A DNA stretch of 63,662 nt, filler included, from Octopus bimaculoides (Eukaryota), in NCBI RefSeq assembly GCF_001194135.2. It is 6 parts of 6 records of this genome, joined end to end, with 100 filler letters (N's around TTAATTAATTAA, not from the genome) between each part and the next. Parts side by side here need not be neighbours in the genome. Positions count along the whole stretch, not along the records: positions 1 to 28,487 come from NC_068985.1; 5 more parts are not named here. One strand, given 5' to 3'. A program made the position numbers and the translations under genes. Below, in pieces: positions 13,106 through 26,800 of this stretch. How positions within the stretch are numbered: the stretch's first letter is position 1; every line of letters begins with the position of its first letter. Below the pieces are notes generated by a model, which saw only the letters and a list, made by a program, of their open reading frames with translations, made no database searches and had not been told where the DNA came from.

Positions 13106-13430
13106 ATGGTATAAAACTATTGCATATGTTTCATTAAAACGTCATTCATGTCTATGCAGTTACTTCATTTTTGTTAGCCCCAAATTTGTTGTACCTTGCT
13201 GAGTCGTTTTCCATGTTCTAAAAAGTCTGCATCTATTTTGTTTCAGTCACATGTGTCAAAACAGGGTACTAGGACAACAGCTGACACTTATTAAACATAA
13301 AACATGACCTACAAACTCCACAAAAAAGTAAATATATGAAAAAAAAGTGTCTAATTCCCTTCCCACTTCAGGGAATAAATACCATATTGCTTGTCAGTCT
13401 GTGTGTGACTCTCCTTCCCTCTCTCTCTCT

Positions 13431-13472
<42 letters not shown>

Positions 13473-14414
13473 GAGGGGCAGTATTCAGAACATAACAGAG
13501 TTAATGATAACAATAGTTAAAAACTGAGATTTTGCACTATTGTAGCACCAAGTTCTGCATGTTCACTTCACAACCCCAGCCATAAGCGCAAAGCAAAAAT
13601 GCAAAACTGTGAGCAGTGATGATGTATAAGAAATTAAAAAAAGGCTTTTAATTGTTCTGTACATATGAGCAATTACACAGCAGTTGAGAGACCATCCCAA
13701 TTCAGTGTCATTACAGTAAAATAATTTCAGACAAATGACATTACTAATAAATATAACTAAATTTCGTTTTCGTATTTCGTTTGCAAGATTCTTTATCTGA
13801 ATTTGTGTGTTGAAGCATATTTTATTGTGTCTGGGGAGAGTCGTTCTCTTTTAGTGCCTTATTAATCTGACACACTCACCAGTCTGATTTCCACTCATTT
13901 ATTTATTCCTCTTCCTTGATTCAGTCATTGGACTGCAGTCATGCTTGGACATTACCTTGAAGGGTTTTATTCAAATGAAAACTGTCTCCAGTACTTATTC
14001 CAACAGTCTCTTTTGCCGCACCACAAAGTTATGGATATACACAAACTGACACTGGTTGTTGAGGATGGGACATAAACACAAGCACAAAAACACACACACA
14101 AATATATATATATATATACACACACACACAACAGGCCTCCCTCAGCCTCCGTTCACCAAATCCACTTAAAGGGCTTTGGCTGGCCTGGGGCTACAGTAGA
14201 AGACACTTGATGAAGGCATCATGCAGTCAGACAAAGCAATGCCAGTGCCAATTTTGTAAGTCTGGTACCTATTCTATCAGTCTCCTCTGATGAAGCACCA
14301 AACCACAGGGATACAAACAAACCAACACTGGTTGTCAAGCAGTGGTGAATGCCAAACATATCACAGTGGAAAAAAATTTTGAAAATTTTGATATACATAT
14401 TAAACTGGTTCGTA

Positions 14415-14770
14415 TAAAGTACCCTTCAATCATCAGGCAATATGCTATGCTTGAGAAGACTTGTTGGGTCAAATGAAATCGTAGTCGTAGCCAATTCCAC
14501 TGCCGCCTGTCTGGCACTCATGCTGGTGGCATGTAAAAAGCACCATTCGAGCATGGTCGATGCCAGTACCGCCTGACTGGCTCCTGTGCCAGTGGCATAT
14601 AAAAAGTACCCCGCTACACTCTTAGAATGGTTGGCGTTAGGAAGGACATCCAACAGTAGAAACCTTGCCAGATCGGATTGGAGCCTGGTGCAACCACCTG
14701 GCTTGCCGGTCCTCAGTCAAACCATCTAACCCTTGCCAGCATGGAAGGCGGATGTTAAACAACGATGATA
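14415..14770 (+). mobile_element. Non-autonomous RTE-related element with (GAT)n tail
   Basis: Ends ...ccagcatggaa.gcggacgttaaa(cg/tg)atgatg. Copies at 9540-9640, 15067-15300 (-), 17520-17690, 26782-27410 (-), 29495-29580, 41000-41425, 42555-42760 (-), 47530-47620, 49710-49960 (-). The RTE link is inferred from the tail type. Confidence 0.7.
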
Positions 14771-17005
14771 AATGCATGCATGACAGACTTCTTTCACTTT
14801 CTGTCTCCTAAATCCACTCACAAGACTAGCCCAGGACTATAGAGTAAGACACTTGACCAAATTGCGATGCAGTGGTACTGAACCCAGAACCATACAGTTG
14901 AGAAGCAGCCTTGTTACCAGACAGTCATGCCTGAGTCTATGCAAAGTAGTGACAAATAAAAGTTAAACTAGGGCCAAACTGGCAAGGATGAGGCACACAA
15001 TTTTCTCAAATTTATATACAACAAAATAAATAAGACATCACAGTATCAATTTATGGTGAAAAATATCATCATCATCATCATCGTCATTTAACGTCCGCTT
15101 TCCATGCTAGCATGCGTTGGACGATTTGACTGATGACTGGTGAAACCAGATGGCTACACCAGGCTCGAATCTAACTGGGAACGGCCACGCTCAAAATGGT
15201 GTATTTTATGTGCTACCCGCACAAGAGCCAGTCCAAGGGCACTGGCAATGATCTCGCTCGAAAGTCTTTACACATGCCACGGGCACAAGTGCCAGAAAGG
15301 CGGGCAAAACAGAATGCAAATCATGTTTTTTTCTTTTTCTTTTGAAGGCACAGATGTGGCTGTGTGGTTGCTTCCCAACCACACGGTTCCGGTTTCAGTC
15401 CCATTGCATGGCACCTTGGGTAAGTGTCTTCTACTAAAGCCTCAGGCCGAGCAAAGCCTTGCGAGTGAATTTGGTAGACGGAAACTGAAAGAATCCCATC
15501 GTATATATGTGTGTGTGTGTGTGTGTGTGTCTGTGTCCTTGTATGTGTTTGTCCCCCACTACTGCTTGATAACAAACAGTGTTGGTGTGGTTATGTCCCT
15601 CTAACTTAGTGGTCCAGTAAAAGATACTGATAGAATAAGTACAAGGCTTAACAAAAGTAAGTACTGGGGTGAATTCATTCCAGCAAAAATTCTTCAAGGT
15701 AGTGCCCCAGCATGGCCACAGTCTAATGACTGAAACAAGCAAAAAAAAAAGAAGCAAACTAGTGTGTGTGTGTGGGTGCTGTAACTTTCACAATGCTTCA
15801 TTGTATATTTAAATCTGTTTTAATAATCTCATTTCTTAATAATTTCATAATCTTATTGTAATTTACACCAAACTCCTCTGGTAAAATCATTTTAATTACA
15901 TCATCCGTTTCTTTTTAAATTTATATTTTAATTAAACTTATCTTAACTTTATTATTATTATTAGTAGTAGTAATAGTAGTAGTAGTAAGGTGGTGATCTG
16001 GCAGAATCATTAGCACACTGAACGGAATGATTAATGGTATTTGCCCGTCGCAGCGTACTGAGTTCAAATTCCACCAAGGTCAACTTTACCTTACATCCTT
16101 TTGGGGTTGATAAAATAAGTACCAGTTGAACACTGGGGTTGATATAATTGACTCATTCCTTCCTCCAAAATTGCTGCCCTTGTGGCAAAATTTGAAACCA
16201 TTATTAATATTATTATTAATATTATTATTATTATTATTAAGGCAGGGTGCTGGCAGAATTGTTAGGACACCGAGCAAAATGCTTAACTGTATTTCACCCA
16301 GCACAACGTTCTGAGTTCTAATTCCGCCGAGGCCGGCTTTGCCTTTCATCTTTTTGGGGTCAATAAATTAAGTACCAGTGAAACACTGGGGGGGGGGGTT
16401 CGATTTAATTGAGTAATCCCTCCCCACAAATTTCGGGTGTTGTGCCTTTAGTAGAAAGGATTATTATTATTAAATTTTGAAATAAAATGTTATGTTCAAG
16501 AAAACTACTACTAATCTTTTTGAAGGAAATTTTAATGCAACAGACAGGCCGACAGATTTACACAACACACAGTCATTCACATTTTTACACAGCCTGACAA
16601 GCTTGTAAAGGGTGTGAATGTCTATAAAGTTTGAGAACAAGTGCTATAAACTTCCAAAAAAGAAACATAAGCCTTTTATCAGAATAGAACTACGCTTGCC
16701 TTAGGATAGTAAAACTGGGGGAATATCAGTGGGGTGTGAGAGACAAGAGAACGACAAACATATGATTCTGGAATCTAATTTCAGGGCCAACCCCATCACC
16801 ACCACCAACAACAACAACTGAAGAAAGAAGAAAAAAAAAATAAAGAGTAGACCCCTGTTACAGAAAAAAAAAAAAATATGCAGAAGCGATAGTGTGGATA
16901 TCTCTTGTGTTAATAATATTAAACATGAAGAATACCACCAGAAGGAACAGACCGAGGCGGGTAGAGGAAGGAAACAATTCTAAAGCCTTATTTCAACATC
17001 AGCAT

Positions 17006-17290
17006 AAGGTCAAGGTACTAAATTTACAAAGGATAAGAACTACTAGTAGTCAAGGTTCTAAATTTAAAGGGGATAAGACAATGTGATGTTGTGAGGTTCA
17101 TACATTACTAATGGTCGAGACTCTAAATAAAGAGGATAAGGGGATGTGTTGAGATATTCATACACTTATGAATGGTCGAGATTCTAAATTTAAGGAGGAT
17201 AAGAGAATGTGATGTGGTGGTCTTCATATATTTACAAATGGTTAAGATTCTAAATTTATAGACAATAAGAGAACGTGATGTTGTGATTAA
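17006..17290. repeat. Minisatellite, ~65-70-bp unit, 4-5 diverged copies
   Basis: atggtcgagattctaaattta..gaggataagagaatgtgatgttgtg..ttcatac recurs. Confidence 0.75.
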
Positions 17291-18889
17291 GTGGCATGGG
17301 TGCAAAGTCATGTAATTCATCTTTTCGGCTGCTTAGCTAAATTTATTTGGAGTCATTTTAGTTTGCTTACTAACCACACAGTTCTGGGTTCAGTCCCATT
17401 GCATGGCGCCTTCAGCAAATGCCTTCTACTACAGACCTAAGCTGACACAAAGCCTTGTGAGTAGATTTGGTAGCTGGAAACTGAAAGAAACCCATCATGT
17501 ATACAAGTGTTTGTTGTGGGTGGCAGATACCAGTGTCATGCAAATTGGCACATAAAAGCACCCACTACACTCTCAGAGTAGTTGGCGTTAGGAAGGGCAT
17601 CCAGCCATGGAAAACCATGCCAAATCAGACTGGAGTGTGGTGCAGCCTTCCGACATGGACAACGGACGTTAAATGATGATGATGGTGATGAGACTGTTTT
17701 GTCCCCCATCATTGCTGGACACCCGGTGTTGGTATGTTTACATCCCCATAAACTAAAAGTTCAGCAAAAAATGACTGATAGAATAAGCATCAACTTAAAG
17801 AAACAAATACTGGGGGTGGGGGGATTTGTTCAATTAAAACCTTTCAAGGTGATGCCCAAGCATAGCTGCAGTTCTTTAAGTGAAACAAAGATAGATATTT
17901 CGTATGTGTATTTCGTGTGCAAGATTCTTGATGTGGATACGTGTGTTGAAAGAAATACAATTAAATAAATGGAAGTGGAGAGACAAGTTACTGAAGAGAT
18001 TGCAAGAGTGCAATGAAATAATTTAACAAAAAACTATATAAATTAATAAAGGACTGAACCAGTGCGTGTGTTTATTACCGGCATAATGCCTCTCCGGATT
18101 TAATAAGGTATTAAACTATAAAAATCAAGGTATCCAAGTGAAAGAATATTTGGCAAGATTCAGATAAACGGATATGCATTCTTTATTCTTTCAGTATTTG
18201 TGAATGATCATGTATTATGTATGTGATAGGATATATGCATATGTGTATGTATTCGTATGCATACATATGTATTTACACGTGCCTTTGTATATATACGTGT
18301 ATGTGTGTGTAACGTGTAGTTGTATACATATATACATAGAGGAAACGAGTCTATGTGTGTATACACACACACACACACACAAATATTCTATCATCAGACG
18401 TTTTAATTTCCAAGTAAAGCCATCCACCCCGAGTACCTAGTAACTCGTACAAACAAACGGATCCGGCAGTCCCACTTTCATACACATGTGAACATCTCAT
18501 GTGGTTGTGTGCGTGGGTTGATAAAAAGCATGGAACAATTGGCATATTGGCATATCGTACACACACCGCATAAACAGAAGAATTAATTTTGAAACACACA
18601 CACAAATGACGCAAAAAGAAACAATTTATGGCATTCATTTCTATCCATACCAAAGCTTGTGGACGACAAAAATAAACGATTTCTAGTTGGGGATAACCAG
18701 TCAACAACCGACTGCTAAGACAAGACATTACGAATTCACATGTCCTATTCATCTCAAAGGCTTAAAAACAGATGGGGAAGGCAGCAGCGAAGATTCGCCT
18801 GTGAATGTTAATGTGTATGAGAAAAATAACACTTATTCGTTTTACACACGTGTATGTAGGGGGAGTGGTTATATAAATATATATATATT

Positions 18890-19086
18890 ACAGAGATGCA
18901 CTTGCATAGCAAGCGACCTGATCTGAGATCGTGTGCTGGAACGAAAACAATTTCAGCGTGGAAGGTGTTTATAAGCCATTTAAAATAACACACAAAACCC
19001 GTTAGATTCACTTCAACATTTAAATTTAATTTGTCAAAATATTTTCGTCGCTTTGAGACCGCGACCTGTTCACTGACAAAATTCTG
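18890..19086 (+). mobile_element. Dispersed repeat terminus (probably Penelope-like); inverted copy at ~29300-29450
   Basis: aaaatattttcgtcgctttgagaccgcgacct.ttcactgacaaaattctg is the reverse complement of 29310-29370; family assignment is tentative. Confidence 0.6.
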
Positions 19087-19643
19087 GGCACTATCATGCT
19101 ATTAGCTGTCAGAAGTGAAAGTGCTCACTGCTAGTGAAGTATCTGTCTGTCTGTCTGCCTGCCTGTTGCTGGCCTGTCGATTCTTTGGCTACTGACAGCT
19201 AATACCATGACTGGCCGGAGCGAGCTATTGGCTTANNNNNNNNNNAACACAACACAGAGTATAAGGGTACTCGCGTCCGCGCTAGCTAGTCGTGGGTGGT
19301 CGATCCTATTATTTTTAAACTTCAAACTTCATTTGTTTTCTATTTTGATAAATTCTCTCTGTTGAAAATTATATTTTTATATTTCAAATAATTAGCAATT
19401 TCAGGAAATATGTTTTTATATTAAATTTGTGTTTTCTAATAAGGTGGACGAGTGATTGATAGATAGATAGATAGTAGATAGATATCAGTAAGTAAGTAAG
19501 CCAATAGCTCGCTCCGGCCAGTCATGGTATTAGCTGTCAGTAGCCAAAGAATCAACTCAAACCAGCAACAGGAAGGCAGACAGACAAACACTTCACTAGC
19601 AGTGAGCACTTTCATTTCTGACAGCTAATAGCATGATAGTGCC
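19087..19643. mobile_element. Fold-back MITE with ~148-bp TIRs and 8-bp TSD (Merlin-like)
   Basis: Arms 19087-19235 and 19497-19643 are reverse complements; TSD AAATTCTG at 19079-19086 and 19644-19651; termini GGCAC...GTGCC. Confidence 0.85.
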
Positions 19644-19655
19644 AAATTCTGTGCT

Positions 19656-19692
<37 letters not shown>

Positions 19693-20639
19693 AATATATG
19701 AGTATATGCATATATATGTACATGTATGTATATACGTTCATCTACATGTACATATAGATACATAACTGGGTACATGACGTGACAAAAGAACAAGGACAAA
19801 ATGGTAAACAAGGTGCAACAAACAAGCAGGCCACATAGAAACATCCCCTTCATCAGCTGCCACCATTAAAACTCCGGCGTTTCGAAGAATATATACGTAA
19901 TTACACACATGTATAGATAATCAGATATATGTATATAAAATTGTGTGTGTGTGTGTGTGTGTGTGTACACGTATGTTTCTATGTATGTATGTTTGTATAT
20001 GTGTGAGTATATCCTCATCGTTTTGATGTCTAGTTTTCCATATTTGCCTGAATCGGACATAATCCGTTGAAGGCATGATTTCTAGGACTAGATGCTCTTC
20101 CTGTCACCAACTCTTGCCTATTTCAAAGCAAAGTAATATTCCCCCGTGACCAGACATATTTTCACGAAAACATTAGAAGAAAAAAACGACACTGCTTTTG
20201 TGATTGTGCTATTGATTTACAGCTGAGTGGACTGGAGCAACGCGAGATAAAGTGTCTTGCTGAAGGACACAACGCGCTGCCGGGAATGGAAATCACGACC
20301 TTACGATCGGGAGCAGAATACCTACCTCTAACCACTAAGTCACTCACCTGGCGAAAATGAGTAGTTCCTGTATTTCAAATGGTCAGCCTTGTCACATTCT
20401 GTACACTGAATTTCCCCGAAAACTACGTTAACTTGCACGTTAACTCCACGAACAGATTGCTCCGTTGGTTGCATCAACCGGAACCCACGTCGTCGTAATC
20501 GACGGAGTCCAAACAAATTGGTGTACAGCTATGATATTCGTTTACAAATAAGAAGTTTTACAGTTGACTGTGCTCCTGAAAATCAAAGGAGTATGTGACA
20601 GTGAGCTCATCCTGTTTAGGAAAGAGAATATGTTTAAAA

Positions 20640-21084
20640 CCTTCTCTTCCCTCGGGCGAGCGCCTAATAGTGTCAAATAACATCAGTGACTTAACTGTAA
20701 ATACAGGACAACCTTAGCTGGAATGCACACATCAACAATTCAGTCGATATGACCTGCAGAATGTGTTCAAGGATCCTTAGAACCCTCCAGATCAGAGAAC
20801 AGCCTCCTCTTCTCTATATTTGCCAGGTTTCATTTTGAATTCTGCTGCCACCTATTATCTCGCTACACACAAAAAAAACTCTTTATGAGAACTAAAGCAT
20901 ACAGAGATCGATCAAAGGAAAAAAAAAAGAATAAAGGACATGACAGACCTTGACAATTGGCATCGCGCCAAAAAGCTCAAACTTCATTCTCTCCGACGCT
21001 GTACTGAGCGCAACATCATTTGCACAATATATTCTGGAATGTATTCTACCAACACTGTCCAAACCTTGATGGTATCAAGTTCAT
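20640..21084 (+). mobile_element. CR1/L2-like LINE C-terminal fragment running into a gap
   Basis: MTDLDNWHRAKKLKLHSLRRCTERNIICTI resembles the Y.ERL..L.L.SL..RRER motif. Confidence 0.65.
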
Positions 21085-23139
21085 NNNNNNNNNNNNNNNN
21101 NNNNNNNNNNNNNNNNNNNNNNNNNNNNNNNNNNNNNNNNNNNNNNNNNNNNNNNNNNNNNNNNNNNNNNNNNNNNNNNNNNNNNNNNNNNNNNNNNNNN
21201 NNNNNNNNNNNNNNNNNNNNNNNNNNNNNNNNNNNNNNNNNNNNNNNNNNNNNNNNNNNNNNNNNNNNNNNNNNNNNNNNNNNNNNNNNNNNNNNNNNNN
21301 NNNNNNNNNNNNNNNNNNNNNNNNNNNNNNNNNNNNNNNNNNNNNNNNNNNNNNNNNNNNNNNNNNNNNNNNNNNNNNNNNNNNNNNNNNNNNNNNNNNN
21401 NNNNNNNNNNNNNNNNNNNNNNNNNNNNNNNNNNNNNNNNNNNNNNNNNNNNNNNNNNNNNNNNNNNNNNNNNNNNNNNNNNNNNNNNNNNNNNNNNNNN
21501 NNNNNNNNNNNNNNNNNNNNNNNNNNNNNNNNNNNNNNNNNNNNNNNNNNNNNNNNNNNNNNNNNNNNNNNNNNNNNNNNNNNNNNNNNNNNNNNTATAT
21601 ATGGGGGGGAGGAGGTTGTTTCCTGACATTTAACTGCAACATTTAATCAAAGTCCAAAAACTTGAGCAAAATATATAAATAAATAAAATAAAAGAGGAAA
21701 AACTAATTTCATCTACTTTCATTTCTTTTTATTATTTTTTTTTTTTTGCGTTTGTATTTGTGCATGTGCGCATATTTTTAGAACAAAAACAGAATTACAT
21801 TATAGCAGCTATTTGAATTCAACGAATAACCAGTCAGCTGTACAGTAAACAAAAGTTTGGCTTTTTGTTTTTTTAAGTTAAAAACCAAATAATTAAAACA
21901 TAGTATTTTGACTGACACCCAGAATAAATCGGTCAGATGGGTAATTTATCATTCTATCTATCCATCAACTAGCTTCATCCATGGATCTGATGCAACTTGA
22001 CTCAAGAAAACGGAATTTGGACAAAACAGTTTGACTGAGCAACCATGCTTATTCTTATTGTTTTTTAGCACTAGGTCAAACCGGACATCCAGCAAGACCT
22101 ATGATTAAAGACATCTTCACTCCGTCCTTTATGGCTTTTTAAAATAACATTATTGATTGTCTTTTCCCTATTTAAGAAAAATATGTATAGTTCTTGAGAA
22201 GTGGAAAGGGATTTGTTTGCTATTACCAGCAGGTCGAGTAATGAGAGATTTTTTTCGTTGACTCAAATCAAATAGTGTATAAAAAGTAGGCTCTGCGGTG
22301 CAGGTTAAAGTTGTGACAAGGTGGTGATAGTAGTAGTGGTTATGAACGTATAGCGTTGTTGCTTAACTTTAGATCAGTCCTGAGCGAGCAGACATGATCA
22401 AATGCTTTCTATTTGAGACCATTGTGTATCTAATGGGCATCCCTATACAATAGAGTCGGAATTTATCAAATGACTGAAACAAGTAAAAGCACCGCCTTTA
22501 GTCGAGCAAATCGACCCCAGGACTTATTCTTTGTAAGCCTAGTACTTATTCTATTGGTCTCTTTTGCCGAACCGCTAAGTTACGGGGAATTAAACACACC
22601 AGCATCGGTTGTCAAGCACAGACACAAACATATATACATACATACGACGGGCTTCTTTCAGTTTCCGTCTATCAAATCCACTCACAAGGCTTTGGTTGAC
22701 TCGAAGCTATAGTAGAAGACACTTGCCCAAGGTGCCACGCAGTGGGACTGAACCCAGAACCATGTGATTCGTAAGCAAGCTACTTACCACACAGCCACTC
22801 CTACTAAAGTTGTAAAATTTTAAGTATCGTAAATTAAGAACACGAAAAATCACTTATTGACGAGGAGAGAAGCACGGTTTTTCCAGTGACTTTTCAGTTT
22901 TGTTTTTCTTTAGATTATTTTTTTTCAGATTTAATGTTTGTAACATGATGATTTTTGGAAATTACTTTTGTAAATTCGAACAAAAAAAAACGCAAAATGT
23001 CAAAATTGAAAATTAACGGAAATGAGGGAGAGCAAAAATACCCACAAATTGTTCTGCTCATTTGTAATCTACGAAGCTTACCTAAAATATACAAATCCGA
23101 AGAAATCACTAGTTTCCGACTCTATTCTACAGGAATAGA

Positions 23140-23794
23140 TAAGTGGTTTTCAACCAGAGTCCATGTAGCCCTCTGGAGATCCATACAAGATTTTGTTGTT
23201 AAAATTTATCAGCAATAAATTGGTTAAACTTCTACAATACACAAAATATTTTAATGTTCTATAGACTTCACACAACGTATATAACGTATTCCTTTCAGAA
23301 ACACCAGAATATGATTTGAAAGATATTAGGCTGCTATTTTTAGCACACAGGGACCTGTTGGCTGGCGTTGACGTAGATAGAGAATGCAATGATAGCCACA
23401 AAGACGGAACTCTTACTATTTCAGCCCCAAGTTAGCATGTGACCAGGCTATCGTTTCGTATGTCCAAGATTATTATTATTTAAGACCAGAGCGTGTGATT
23501 TGATGGAAATGTTGCTGCTATTTCAGAAAGGTCTATATATTGCGTAGAGATTCCCTCGTTGGTGACAACACAATACTGGCAAAGCAAAAGAGGCGAGTTG
23601 CTGAATAATGAATGAGCAGCTGTCTGTAGAGAGCAAACTTTTTTTTTTTAAGAGCGGGACGCAACTTTTAGGAAGGATGGTCGACTAATTAAATCAACAA
23701 GTAAACATTATATAGAGAAATATAAGAGTACAACAGAGTTTTCTTTGAACATTCAGGAGTGGAAGATATGGATATATACTTATATAAGATAAAG

Positions 23795-23829
<35 letters not shown>

Positions 23830-26800
23830 GAATACATATACATATATATGTGTGTGTGTGTGTGTGAAAGAATACATATATATATATATATATATATAAT
23901 GTAGCAAACAGTTTTATCAAAATAATTTTTTTTTTAAATAAGTATGATCCAACAACAAAACTTCTCGACATTACTGATTAACCTATTAAAAATAGCAGCC
24001 AAATCTCCCTCAAATTATACGTTACCGTCTAAACGAAAACCCGCCAAAAGGACACATTGGATAATGTAATTTTATATGAAGCTTGAGTGGAAGATGGGAT
24101 GGTCATGACTGGAATGCCTTTGATCATAGGACTGCTAGATAAGGACTATGTGAGACTAAGCAACCACAACAAATAAAAATAATAAACAAGAAAACAAAGT
24201 AACAAACACGTTACAAAGAGAATGGTAGTAAACACGTAGCACAGAAATGTCAATTAAGATCTTTGACATGCAATTAAGATTATGAATAAAAACAATATAA
24301 AATAAGTGTCGATTTAAACCCATTGTGTGAAGTATATAGAAAACAGACGTGAAAAAAGCACAAAGAAAAAACGAAAATGTGGGTAGCCGTCACTGGAAAA
24401 TGTGTCACATAATTGACAGCAATTAACTCCTTCATTTTGTGGAACTATCTATGTTTGTGTGTGTGTATATATGGTTACTGAGTAACGTAGTGTCCAGGGG
24501 TGTAGTTTACAGTTTAAACACGATTATACAAAAACAAGTTTTTAAAACGATTTAGATATCTGTAGATCAATCTGAAATTACAAAAAAAAAAAACTTATCG
24601 ACTACAGCTATTATATATATATATAGATATATATATATATATATACATACATACATACACACACACAATTACTCAGTAGTGCAGTATTCAGTGGTTATTA
24701 TATCAGAAAAGTTTTATAACGATCTAGACATTTACCTTTTTATATGAATCTGAATTTAAAGAGAAAAAAAAATACAAATCGACTACAGCCTTTATAAGGA
24801 ATAATATATATATATCAATGAATCTTTGTTTGCATGTATGCATATATGTGTGTAGTGTTTTAAAAAGTAACATTTTCAAATCACTCACCGTGCTTGATAA
24901 ACACACACAAGCATGTGTGTATGTTTATGTAGAATGTAGAACTATTTAGACAAGTTGCATTAACAAGTGTGAATTAAAAAGATGCTAATGTATAATTTCC
25001 GAGAGAATTTAGTTAGCTTTAACCACTTTAAAATGTTTTAAGTATGCCATAAAATCTTCTCACATCTTATATATATATATACATGTGATATATATATGTA
25101 TATTTATGTATATATTTTTATATACAAATTCGAGGCCGTCGAACTAAAAGTTTGTAGAAATGTCCGCACCGGTTGACAAAACTTTTTCACCCTCTTTCTC
25201 TTCGGTGCCTCACCGACACTCCTATGTCCTATTTATTTTATCATCTACCATCTAATCACGTTTTTCCTCATTTTCCCCGTCCCTCACTCTCTCGTTCTTT
25301 CTCTTTTATTTAATTTCTCCCCTCCCCCTCTCACTCTCTCTTTTTTTTTCTCCTTCCGTCACTCTCTCTAATTTACTTTACTTTCTTTTTTCTTCATCAC
25401 TCTACGTACTTTCTCTTTTTTCTCCCTCCCTCCTTCCTTCTCTATTTTCTCCCTCCCTCTTTTTCTCCTGCGTACTTTCTCTTCCTTTTTCCCTTCCTCC
25501 CTCACCTTCTCTTTCTACGATGTACCTCTTTCTCTCATAAACACATATGTATCTTTCTCAGTACCCCTCTCTCTAATATCCTAAGCTTCTCTCTTAAAGA
25601 GCTGTTTACCAGACAATTCTTTCTCTATGTCACAGTTATCTCTTACACATATTTATCTGTCTCTCTCTCTCTCCTTGGTTATTCTCTTTCTTTCTTTGTT
25701 TTTACCCCTGCAAATCTTTACTTTCCATGTCGTACTCTCTCGCACTGTCTTGTTTTTCGTTATTCCAGCTTCTCTCTCATCTCTCTTTTTTCAGCTCTTC
25801 TGACCACTATATATATGTATATTCCAATTTTACCCTCTCTCATCTACTCTTCCAAAGTTATTTCTCTTAGCGTCGGCAATACTTTAGTTAATTTATTCCC
25901 TCATCAAAAAATAACACGTTTTTTAAAACTTTATTAATGTGTCTTTTATGTAGATTTAAATTTACTTTCTGTTTTACATCTCATATTTTCTATCGCCAAA
26001 CTTATATTTTCTGGTTAACATAACTTTTTGTTTAGATTTTCTTTTCTTTTCACTTATATTATTCTTCGGATAAATTTGCCTTTTGTAAATATTTAGACAT
26101 TTTCCTGATGTTTTGGGGGGTTTTCTTTATCGGTTTCGACTGTTTCATCTGAGCTTTCTTTGACTCGCTTTGATAAATTATAGAAATTACATCGATAAAA
26201 TTGGAAGTTATCATATATACATGTTTTACTGTTTTAAAGTATTATTTAGTTTAAATTCACTAAAAAAAAAATCACCAGAAAAAAAATGGGAAATTGAATA
26301 AAGAATTATTCCGCTTTTACTTGTTACAGAGAAACAATGACTTTAAAACTCGCTTNNNNNNNNNNNNNNNNNNNNNNNNNNNNNNNNNNNNNNNNNNNNN
26401 NNNNNNNNNNNNNNNNNNNNNNNNNNNNNNNNNNNNNNNNNNNNNNNNNNNNNNNNNNNNNNNNNNNNNNNNNNNNNNNNNNNNNNNNNNNNNNNNNNNN
26501 NNNNNNNNNNNNNNNNNNNNNNNNNNNNNNNNNNNNNNNNNNNNNNNNNNNNNNNNNNNNNNNNNNNNNNNNNNNNNNNNNNNNNNNNNNNNNNNNNNNN
26601 NNNNNNNNNNNNNNNNNNNNNNNNNNNNNNGTTTTCAACCAGAATCAATGTAGCCCTCTGGAGATCCACAAGATTTTGTGGTTAAAATTTATCAGCAATA
26701 AATCGGTTAAACTTCTACAATACACAAAATATTTTAATCTTTTTTTTAAACAATTCCTGATAATATTTAATTACAAAAATATCATCATCATCATTTAACG

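Noticed and set aside
18351-18926. 133-aa and 79-aa ORFs in the CpG-rich zone
   Set aside because: Run into (CA)n/(TA)n repeats, no recognisable homology
24736-24749. 14-nt minus-strand microexon-like unit (ttcag|ATTCATATAAAAAG|gtaaat)
   Set aside because: Not frame-preserving, no partner exon found, lies in locally duplicated low-complexity sequence
26088-26180. Minus-strand purine-rich segment (RVKESSDETVETDKENPPKHQENV*) as RSPH14 last exon
   Set aside because: Weak AAG acceptor, lacks the expected conserved C-terminal motif, adjacent to CT-rich repeat-like DNA
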